Virus record (IMG/VR): IMGVR_UViG_2645728010_000005
Strand: one strand, 5' to 3'
Length of the DNA stretch: 17,360 bases
DNA from: a virus
Lineage: Duplodnaviria; Heunggongvirae; Uroviricota; Caudoviricetes
Shown here: one piece after another, positions 1-7,616 of the stretch
How positions within the stretch are numbered: position 1 is the stretch's first letter
Layout of the letters: each line of letters opens with the position of its first letter
The notes under the pieces: model-generated
The model's database searches: none
Seen by the model: only the letters and a program-made list of their open reading frames with translations
Told to the model about the DNA's origin: nothing
Translations under genes and position numbers: made by a program

Positions 1-273
1 ATGTCAACCGGATTACGTTTCACACTGGAAGTGGACGGCCTGCCGCCGGATGCTTTTGCGGTGGTTTCCTTTCATCTGAACCAGTCACTCTCTTCGCTCT
101 TTTCCCTCGATCTCTCCCTGGTCAGCCAGCAGTTTCTCTCCCTTGAATTTGCGCAGGTGCTGGACAAAATGGCCTACCTGACGATATGGCAGGGCGATGA
201 AGTACAGCGCCGGGTGAAAGGCGTGGTGACCTGGTTTGAACTCGGGGAGAACGACAAAAACCAGATGCTGTAG
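1..273 (+). pseudogene. 5' fragment (~90 codons) of a VgrG-like gene (T6SS spike / Rhs-associated Vgr family)
   Basis: ORF 1..273 translates MSTGLRFTLEVDGLPPDAFAVVSFHLNQSLSS..., which I recognise as the conserved N-terminus of enterobacterial VgrG proteins (normally >600 aa). The frame stops at TAG 271..273, where tail-fibre homology on the opposite strand ends. Confidence 0.45.
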
Positions 274-718
274 CTGCATTCGTTTCTGAGGTTTTCGCCG
301 CGTTCTTCGATGATGCCGCTGCAGTTTCGGATTTCTTTGCCGCCGCTGCGCTCTGAGAGGCGGCTTCGGCGTTGCGTGCCGCTTCTTCCACCATTGCCTC
401 AAAACGACGCAATGCCTCCGGCATGACATCATCTTCCGTCATGGCACCGAGAAAATCATTCAGCGTACCTGGTCTGGAACCTTCATAGACGGTAATGGTT
501 CCGGCATGTGAAGGCGGAAAACCTTCAACCAGCAGGGTGACGCTGTACTGGCCATGCTCAACATCCATGCTGTAACGCCCGGCTTCATCCGGATTTTCAG
601 AGGCCACCGTGTTCACCAGTACCGTGGTGCTGTTACGCTTTGCCTTCAGTTGAATAGTGCAGTTCTGTATTGGTTTTCCCGCACCATCTTTCAGCACACC
701 TGAAATCTGTACTGCCAT
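122..718 (-). pseudogene. stf: Side tail fibre Stf, N-terminal fragment only (~155 codons of Stf-like sequence, 718 down to ~274, then out-of-frame read-through to the stop at 122)
   Basis: ATG at 718..716 with SD GGAGTG upstream. Translation MAVQISGVLKDGAGKPIQNCTIQLKAKRNSTTVLVNTVASENPDEAGRYSMDV... matches the lambda Stf N-terminus as I recall it. Full-length Stf is several hundred aa longer and no tfa follows. Confidence 0.6.
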
Positions 719-733
719 ATTCACTCCACAAAT

Positions 734-758
734 AAAAAAGGCGCCATTTCTGGCGCCC
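734..758 (-). terminator. Intrinsic terminator between J and stf (tJ-like)
   Basis: Hairpin GGCGCC-atttct-GGCGCC (740..757), followed on the minus strand by a T-run (complement of aaaaaa at 734..739). Confidence 0.5.
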
Positions 759-776
759 GTATCTGGGTTATAAAAT

Positions 777-2752
777 TCAGCTAATCATGATGCCTGCAGT
801 GGCTTTCTTCATCACCACAACCAGCAAATCGCTGATACTTGCTGTGGGATACCAGCCATTTACCAGCCATGCCGATACAGAAAATTCCAGTGTCATTACA
901 CCACTGCCTGCAGGCATATCAATAACACCCGTATATATCAGCGTATTATCCAGAGCCGTTCGGTTATAAATTTCAGCACCGTTTTTTCGTACTATCAGAC
1001 GGCATGAGGAGTAGATATCAGTATGATCTTGCTCATGTTTAGCGCCACTGAATGCCACCGCCGGAATAACAATTTGCCGGTCAAACGGCTGATCGTCATA
1101 AACCCTGACGGTAATGGTCCCTGATGGCCACCGCTCCGGTGCACGGGAGTCCCGGGGGAAAGCTTTGCCCACTGTTTTAACGAGATCGCCTTCAATCTGG
1201 TTCGCGGACAGTTTTCCCAGAACCCGGCAGTTCTCGTTAATCGTGACGTTGTTGAGCGTCCCGGAGTTCGCATTCACGTTACCGCTAATATCGGCATTTT
1301 TCGCCGTCAGCCGCCCGTCCGGTGTCAGGGAAAATGCCGGAGGATTACCGCCGCTGGTAATGGTGGGAGCCGTCAGATATTTCAGGAACACTTCGTTCAT
1401 GAATATCTGATCGCCCTGACCAACAAACATCGGCTTTGTGTTGCCATTCGCAGGATTAATCATCGCAATCCTGTCCGCCGCCAGCAGCACCTGACTCTGC
1501 ATACCGTCAGGGGTATTCTCAATACCGGCACCAATACCCGCGATATAAAGGCGTCCGTCCTGCATCTGCTGCAGCTTCACAGCCCACATGCTGTTCAGGT
1601 TATTATTTGTATCAACCTGAACCTTCTGTATCTGCTGGATTGCCGCACTCTGGTCTTCCAGTTTCTTATTGACGGTCTGCGTGATTTCATTACTGACATC
1701 CGTGATGGACGTTCTGATTTCCGCCAGGTCAGGCGCAAGCTGACCGTTATCAATCTGCGTCCACAACTCCTGAGCCAGATGGGTTTTCCCTATCTCTCCT
1801 TTGAAAAAATTCAGATAGCCGGATGCATCATCACTCGGCTGGCCAACAGCCTCCACGAATGCCGATTTGCCAACGGTGTTCACACTGCGGATGTAAAAAT
1901 AATAATCATGGCCCGGTTTGATATTGATACTGGCGGCTATCCAGTACAGCGCCGTGCCAAGATAGCGTGCTGTGGTTTCAACCTGCCTGATATCCGCAAT
2001 CCGCTTTTCCGAGAACCAGAACTCAAACTGTACCGTCGGATCATAAACCGCAAGATGCGGCGTGGCGGTTATCTGAAAATACCCCGGTGTCAGCTCAATC
2101 TGCGACGGCGCTGCCGGTGCGGCAATCCGGAACGATACCGACGCCGGCTCGCCCTGCTGCCCCCACGCATTTACTGCCCGGACTGTCAGCCTGTAGTTCC
2201 CCAGAGCCAGTTGTGTGAAGCGGTAAGTGGTTTCCGTCGTCCGGGCCGTGCTGACCAGTCGCTCACGGCCGTCATCCGCTGCCACGGTCAGGCGAAGCAG
2301 GAAGCTCACGCCCTTCACCACCTTCGGCGTATCCCAGCGGGCCAGCACCTGGTATTCCCCGCTGTCTGCGGTGACTTCTGCGGTCAGGTGCTGCACCGCT
2401 GGCGGCGTGACACCATTTACCGTGCCGCTCTGGTCGCCGTCAAAGTGCGCCCCGTTATCCACGATGGCCTCTTTTTCCGGTACATGCTGCACGGCGGTGA
2501 TGGCATACGTGCCGTCGTCGTTCTCACGGATACTCACGCAGCGGAACAGGCGCTGGCGCAACGTCGGCAGCTTCAGCCCCCATATGCCGGCTTAAACGTT
2601 CCGTCCCAGATACCGCTGTATTGCCGCGTCTGCGGGTTATAGTTCGACGGCACCTGCAGAATGCGCCCGCGAAGATGATAATTACGGCTCACCTGCTGGC
2701 TGCCGAACTGCTCCGAGTCCACCTGCACGCCGACCAGTGCCGTGTTCGGGTA
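777..2752 (-). pseudogene. J: Tail tip / host-specificity protein J remnant: C-terminal ~600 codons (777..~2582, track ORF starts at a TTG) plus a ~55-codon internal J segment in a different frame (~2582..2752)
   Basis: Minus-strand ORF 777..2561 (594 aa) contains [45 protein letters not shown]... and downstream blocks typical of lambda J (fibronectin-like region, [20 protein letters not shown]). A second minus-strand frame over 2583..2752 reads [57 protein letters not shown], which matches a more N-terminal part of J. Lambda J is ~1130 aa. Confidence 0.7.
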
Positions 2753-3257
2753 TCAGTTCATCCAGCGCGGCTGCTTTGTTCATGGCTTTGATGATATCCC
2801 GTTTCAGGAAATCAACATGTCGGTTTTCCAGTTCCGGAAAACGCCGCTGCACCGACAGGGGGATCCCGTCGAGAATACTGGCAATTTCACCTGCGATCCG
2901 CGACAGCACGAAAGTACAGAATGCGGTTTCCACCACTTCAGCGGAGTCTCTGGCATTTTTCAGCTCCTGTGCGTCGGCCTGCGCACGCGTAAGTCGATGG
3001 CGTTCGTACTCAATAGTCCCTGGCTGGAGATCTGTCTCGCTGGCCTGCCGCAGTTCTTCAACTTCCCGGCGCAGCTTTTCGTTCTCAATTTCAGCATCCC
3101 TTTCGGCATACCATCTTATAACGGCGGCAGAGTCATAAAGCACCTCATTACCCTTGCCACCGCCTCGCAGAACGGGCATTCCCTGTTCCTGCCAGTTCTG
3201 AATGGTACGGATACTCGCACCGAAAATGTCAGCCAGCTGCTTTTTGTTGACTTCCAT
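2682..3257 (-). CDS. nohD: Terminase small subunit Nu1 homolog, Nu1-like for ~170 codons then 21 unrelated codons (J-derived sequence read out of frame)
   Basis: ATG at 3257. Translation MEVNKKQLADIFGASIRTIQNWQEQGMPVLRGGGKGNEVLYDSAAV... is near-identical to lambda Nu1 up to ...AALDELIP, then diverges (EHGTGRRAGGLGAVRQPAGEP). Confidence 0.8.
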   Translation of the reverse strand: MEVNKKQLADIFGASIRTIQNWQEQGMPVLRGGGKGNEVLYDSAAVIRWYAERDAEIENEKLRREVEELRQASETDLQPGTIEYERHRLTRAQADAQELKNARDSAEVVETAFCTFVLSRIAGEIASILDGIPLSVQRRFPELENRHVDFLKRDIIKAMNKAAALDELIPEHGTGRRAGGLGAVRQPAGEP

Positions 3258-3460
3258 TGTTCATTCCACGGCCAAAAACAGAGAAAGGAAACGACAGAGG
3301 CCCAAAAGCTCGTTTTCAGCACCTGTCGTTTCCTTTCTTTTCAGGGGGTATTTTAAATAAAAACATTAAGTTACGACGAAGAAGAACGGAAATGCCTTAA
3401 ACCGGAAAATTTTCATAAATAGCGAAAACCCGCGAGGTCGCCGCCCCGTAACCTGTCGGA
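3258..3460 (-). other. cos site: cosN cohesive-end sequence GGGCGGCGACCT (complement of 3435..3446), with the cosB region between it and the Nu1 start
   Basis: The reverse complement of 3258..3446 reads GGGCGGCGACCTCGCGGGTTTTCGCTATTTATGAAAATTTTCCGG... and continues into the Nu1 ATG, as at the lambda left end. The sequence to the right of 3446 reads like the lambda right end. Confidence 0.75.
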
Positions 3461-3645
3461 TCGCCGGAAAGGACCCGCAAAATGATAATAATTATCATCT
3501 ACATGTCACAACGTGCATCTACGCCATCAAACCACGTCAAATAATCAATTATGACGCAGGTATCGTATTAATTGATCTGCATCAACTTAACGTAAAAACA
3601 ACTTCAGACAATACAAATCAGCGACACTGAATACGGGGCAACCTC

Positions 3646-3840
3646 ATGTCAACTAAGAACAGAACCCGCAGAACAACAACCCGCAACATCCGCTTTCCTA
3701 ACCAAATGATTGAACAAATTAACATCGCTCTTGAGCAAAAAGGGTCTGGGAATTTCTCAGCCTGGGTCATTGAAGCCTGCCGTCGGAGACTAACGTCAGA
3801 AAAGAGAGCATATACATCAATCCAGAGTGATGATGAATAA
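3646..3840 (+). CDS. Small conserved lambdoid right-end protein (64 aa), possibly DUF3950 / ribbon-helix-helix-like
   Basis: ATG 3646, 64 codons, MSTKNRTRRTTTRNIRFPNQMIEQINIALEQKGSGNFSAWVIEACRRRL... I recall an almost identical small orf between bor and cos in lambda-like phages; its function is unknown to me. Confidence 0.5.
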   Translation: MSTKNRTRRTTTRNIRFPNQMIEQINIALEQKGSGNFSAWVIEACRRRLTSEKRAYTSIQSDDE

Positions 3841-3937
3841 ACATCCCGGTTTCTTCCACCATCGCACCGGAAAAGCGACTATGAGGGTAACCCTGCGTCT
3901 GTCAGCACAGTAAAACCCGGTGTGCATCGTTTTTGAT

Positions 3938-4002
3938 TATTCCCGCACACTCACGCAGAAGGAATTCCCCGTCGGGCTACGGTCATGGTTAATGCGGGAA
4001 TA
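3938..4002. repeat. 10-bp perfect inverted repeat TATTCCCGCA (3938..3947) / TGCGGGAATA (3993..4002) with a 45-bp spacer, upstream of bor
   Basis: Read directly from the sequence; lies in the non-coding stretch 3841..4200. Confidence 0.6.
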
Positions 4003-4200
4003 CGGCGACGATACAGCGCAGCTAAAAGGGTAATGGACAGAAAGAGCGGTTTATTTCATTCCACAGGATTCTGAGTGCCCCCCCTCCTCCAATAGGCTGA
4101 GCATCCACCTATATAGTTTTAATTTTCATCAATCCATTTAACTATCGTTTAATTGTTGTCACATAGGATTCTGCCGTTTTTAACAATGCAGGATAATAAG

Positions 4201-4494
4201 ATGAAAAAAATGTTGTTTTCTGCCGCTCTGGCAATGCTTATTACAGGATGTGCTCAACAGACGTTTACTGTTGGAAACAAACCGACAGCAGTAACACCAA
4301 AGGAAACCATCACCCATCACTTCTTCGTTTCGGGAATTGGACAGGAGAAAACTGTTGATGCAGCCAAAATTTGTGGCGGCGCAGAAAATGTTGTTAAAAC
4401 AGAAACCCAGCAAACATTCGTAAATGGATTGCTCGGTTTTATTACTTTAGGCATTTATACTCCGCTGGAAGCGCGTGTGTATTGCTCACAATAA
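4201..4494 (+). CDS. bor: Bor lipoprotein (serum-resistance, lysogenic-conversion protein)
   Basis: ATG 4201 with AGGA upstream; 97 aa MKKMLFSAALAMLITGCAQQTFTV... with lipobox LITGC. Near-identical to lambda Bor; opposite strand to the lysis genes, as in lambda. Confidence 0.9.
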   Translation: MKKMLFSAALAMLITGCAQQTFTVGNKPTAVTPKETITHHFFVSGIGQEKTVDAAKICGGAENVVKTETQQTFVNGLLGFITLGIYTPLEARVYCSQ

Positions 4495-4525
4495 TTGCAT
4501 GAGTTGCCCATCGATATGGGCAGCT

Positions 4526-4987
4526 CTATCTGCACTGCTCATTAATATACTTCTGGGTTCCTTCCAGTTGTTTTTGCATAGTGATCAGCCTCTCTCTGAG
4601 GGTGAAATAATCCCGTTCAGCGGTGTCTGCCAGTCGGGGGGAGGCTGCATTATCCACGCCGGAGGCGGTGGTGGCTTCACGCACTGACTGACAGACTGCT
4701 TTGATGTGCAACCGACGACGACCAGCGGCAACATCATCACGCAGAGCATCATTTTCAGCTTTCGCATTAGCTAACTCCTTCGTGTATTTTTCATCCAGTG
4801 CAGCAACATCACGCTGGCGCATCTGCATGTCAGTAATTGCCGCGTTCGCCAGCTTCAGTTCTCTGGCATTTTTGTCGCGCTGGGCTTTGTAGGTAATGGC
4901 GTTATCACGGTAATGATTAACAGCCCATGACAGGCAGACGATGATGCAGATAACCAGAGCGGAGATAATCGCGGTTACTCTGTTCAT
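4526..4987 (-). CDS. rzpD: Spanin, inner-membrane subunit Rz (i-spanin)
   Basis: [55 protein letters not shown]..., 153 aa with an N-terminal TM helix. The ATG overlaps the endolysin stop (ATGA). Confidence 0.85.
   Translation of the reverse strand: MNRVTAIISALVICIIVCLSWAVNHYRDNAITYKAQRDKNARELKLANAAITDMQMRQRDVAALDEKYTKELANAKAENDALRDDVAAGRRRLHIKAVCQSVREATTASGVDNAASPRLADTAERDYFTLRERLITMQKQLEGTQKYINEQCR
4585..4767 (-). CDS. rzoD: Spanin, outer-membrane lipoprotein subunit Rz1 (o-spanin), embedded in the +1 frame of Rz
   Basis: 60 aa [24 protein letters not shown]... with lipobox VVGC and a proline-rich core ([15 protein letters not shown]); lies entirely inside Rz. Confidence 0.8.
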   Translation of the reverse strand: MRKLKMMLCVMMLPLVVVGCTSKQSVSQCVKPPPPPAWIMQPPPDWQTPLNGIISPSERG

Positions 4988-5481
4988 TGCTGACCCCACA
5001 AACAGATTTCACGCTCAATCTCACGACGAGTCATGAGACCTTTCCATTGCTTACCGCCAGCATATGTCCAGCGACGTAGCTGATCACATGCGCCTTTGAT
5101 ATCGCCCTGGTTTATTTTGCGAAGAAGCGTCGATGTTCTGAAATTGCCAGCGCCCACGTTGTAAACGAACGAGTAAAGAGCGCCGCGCGTTGTTTCCGGT
5201 ATATCAACTTTTATGTACGGGTTAATTTGTCTGGCGACCGTGGCAAGGTCTTTATTCAGGAGGGCTTTGCATTCTGCTTTGGTATACGTTTTACCGAGCA
5301 TGATGTCTTTTCCTGTATGCCCGTGACATACAGTCCATACACCAACAATATCTTTGTATGGTATGTAGCTGACACCTTCCAGACCATCGTTACCACTTGG
5401 GCCAGTGATTAACACTGATGCTATAGCAATTGCTCCGCCACCAATAGCAGCAGCAACGGCTTTTCGTAATGATGGAGGCAT
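4984..5481 (-). CDS. rrrD: SAR endolysin (phage 21 R-type lysozyme with N-terminal signal-anchor-release domain)
   Basis: 165 aa; the N-terminus [27 protein letters not shown] is a weakly hydrophobic Gly/Ala-rich SAR segment, followed by a lysozyme-like body. Matches DLP12 RrrD / phage 21 R as I recall them. Confidence 0.9.
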   Translation of the reverse strand: MPPSLRKAVAAAIGGGAIAIASVLITGPSGNDGLEGVSYIPYKDIVGVWTVCHGHTGKDIMLGKTYTKAECKALLNKDLATVARQINPYIKVDIPETTRGALYSFVYNVGAGNFRTSTLLRKINQGDIKGACDQLRRWTYAGGKQWKGLMTRREIEREICLWGQQ

Positions 5482-5696
5482 TATTCACCTCTCGCAGCCT
5501 TGCGCTTATCTTCTTTAATCTTGAAATAAAGGTTTGTCAGGTACGTCAGCAGGCCAAATACCAGGCTACCCAGCACACCTATTGCTGCCCACTGTGAGGG
5601 CGTGACTTTATCGAGCAGCTGTAAAAACCAGTAACCGGCACTACCTGCTGAGGTGCCATAGGCGACACCCGTTGTTAACTTATCCATGGATTTCAT
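5481..5696 (-). CDS. essD: Class II holin / pinholin (phage 21 S-type) with dual-start motif M-K-S-M
   Basis: ATG 5696 with SD GAGGTG; 71 aa [71 protein letters not shown] with two TM segments. The track ORF start at 5741 is a TTG extension. Confidence 0.85.
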
Positions 5697-5911
5697 AACC
5701 CCACCTCGCAGACAAAGCGGGTGTAAATTGAGGGAATACAACGTATCGCAAAAAAGCAGAAACGTAACAGACTCGGAGTCAGTGAATAACTCAGGTATTG
5801 AGTTATCAGCTAATATCGAGACTCAAAAAATGGAAAAACCAGCTCGACGGCGGGTTTAAGCTGTGTGACGAAGTAACCACTCTTAACAGCATAACCAATT
5901 TTTTACGTACG

Positions 5912-6048
5912 TAAACCACTGAATGATATTTATGAGAATGCTACCGAGTGTTCAAAACACCACCACAAATATATAAGAAAACCTCAACAAATAACCAATA
6001 AATAATTTCCGGCGTTATTTTTAGTTGATTTAAATTAAACCACTGAAT
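5912..6048. repeat. 13-bp direct repeat TAAACCACTGAAT at 5912..5924 and 6036..6048 in the AT-rich porin upstream region
   Basis: Read directly from the sequence; both copies lie in the non-coding region 5742..6284. Confidence 0.6.
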
Positions 6049-6918
6049 TATAGAACCCCCATAAATAACAGCCATTAATATAAATTAGCTAATAGGTTTA
6101 TTTTTGTTCAAATAAGAGCCATAAATAGGTTTCGATAGAAAAAGTTCAGATAAAAATAGAGATCTACTTCACAAATTAAATGAGAAACTAAAACTTACAT
6201 CTTGAAATAATCACATTGATTAGATGAATATTTATCGCGCAGTGACATCATTTTTTAATAATAGTTCAAAAAAAAGGGCTCACGATGAAAAAATTAACAG
6301 TGGCAATTTCTGCTGTAGCTGCATCAGTACTGATGGCGATGTCTGCTCAGGCAGCTGAAATTTATAATAAAGACAGTAACAAGCTGGATCTGTACGGGAA
6401 AGTTAATGCCAAGCACTACTTTTCCTCTAACGATGCAGATGATGGTGATACTACTTATGCCCGTCTTGGCTTCAAAGGTGAAACCCAAATCAACGATCAA
6501 CTGACTGGTTTCGGTCAGTGGGAATATGAATTCAAAGGCAACCGCGCTGAATCTCAAGGTTCCTCCAAAGACAAAACCCGTCTTGCATTTGCAGGCCTGA
6601 AATTCGGTGACTACGGCTCAATCGATTACGGCCGTAACTACGGTGTAGCATACGACATCGGTGCGTGGACTGACGTTCTGCCAGAATTCGGTGGCGATAC
6701 CTGGACCCAAACAGATGTGTTCATGACTGGTCGCACCACTGGTGTTGCAACCTATCGTAACAACGACTTCTTTGGTCTGGTCGATGGCCTGAACTTTGCT
6801 GCTCAGTATCAGGGTAAAAATGACCGCACTGACGTAACTGAAGCCAATGGTGATGGTTTCGGTGGTGATGCTGCCAACTTACTGATTTAGTGTATGATGG
6901 TGTTTTTGAGGTGCTCCA

Positions 6919-7194
6919 GTGGCTTCTGTTTCTATCAGCTGTCCCTCCTGTTCAGCTACTGACGGGGTGGTGCGTAACGGCAAAAGCACCGCCGGACATC
7001 AGCGCTATCTCTGCTCTCACTGCCGTAAAACATGGCAACTGCAGTTCACTTACACCGCTTCTCAACCCGGTACGCACCAGAAAATCATTGATATGGCCAT
7101 GAATGGCGTTGGATGCCGGGCAACTGCCCGCATTATGGGCGTTGGCCTCAACACGATTTTACGTCACTTAAAAAACTCAGGCCGCAGTCGGTAA
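6919..7194 (+). CDS. insA: IS1 InsA (transposition inhibitor / N-terminal part of the transposase)
   Basis: 91 aa [43 protein letters not shown]... with a zinc-finger CxxC...CxxC; canonical InsA. Confidence 0.9.
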
Positions 7195-7616
7195 CCTCGC
7201 GCATACAGCCGGGCAGTGACGTCATCGTCTGCGCGGAAATGGACGAACAGTGGGGCTATGTCGGGGCTAAATCGCGCCAGCGCTGGCTGTTTTACGCGTA
7301 TGACAGGCTCCGGAAGACGGTTGTTGCGCACGTATTCGGTGAACGCACTATGGCGACGCTGGGGCGTCTTATGAGCCTGCTGTCACCCTTTGACGTGGTG
7401 ATATGGATGACGGATGGCTGGCCGCTGTATGAATCCCGCCTGAAGGGAAAGCTGCACGTAATCAGCAAGCGATATACGCAGCGAATTGAGCGGCATAACC
7501 TGAATCTGAGGCAGCACCTGGCACGGCTGGGACGGAAGTCGCTGTCGTTCTCAAAATCGGTGGAGCTGCATGACAAAGTCATCGGGCATTATCTGAACAT
7601 AAAACACTATCAATAA
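7113..7616 (+). CDS. insB: IS1 InsB reading frame (expressed as the InsAB' transposase by -1 frameshift)
   Basis: 167 aa ...[28 protein letters not shown]...; canonical InsB, overlapping insA in the -1 frame. Confidence 0.85.

Noticed and set aside
85-432. 115-aa minus-strand ORF, extremely Arg/Lys-rich
   Set aside because: Overlaps the stf fragment in another frame and the vgrG fragment antisense; composition typical of a shadow ORF in GC-rich coding sequence.
787-2642. Track ORFs 787..969 (+), 995..1273 (-), 1114..1410 (+), 1779..2642 (+), 2227..2595 (+)
   Set aside because: All lie inside the J remnant on the opposite strand or in alternative frames; low-complexity, Arg/Cys-rich translations with no recognisable family. 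Treated as shadow ORFs.
2737-3356. Track ORFs 2737..3138 (+), 2742..3356 (+), 3116..3322 (-)
   Set aside because: Antisense or out-of-frame to Nu1 and extending over the cos region; no SD or family signal. The Nu1 assignment explains this DNA.
3841-4200. Short plus-strand ORFs (10 and 29 codons) between the small right-end orf and bor
   Set aside because: Too short, no SD, no recognisable similarity; the region is better interpreted as the bor regulatory region.
4180-4892. Track ORFs 4180..4413 (-), 4475..4687 (+), 4701..4892 (+)
   Set aside because: Antisense to bor or to Rz/Rz1; explained by the strongly supported genes on the other strand.
5227-5412. 61-aa plus-strand ORF
   Set aside because: Antisense to the SAR endolysin gene; no support.
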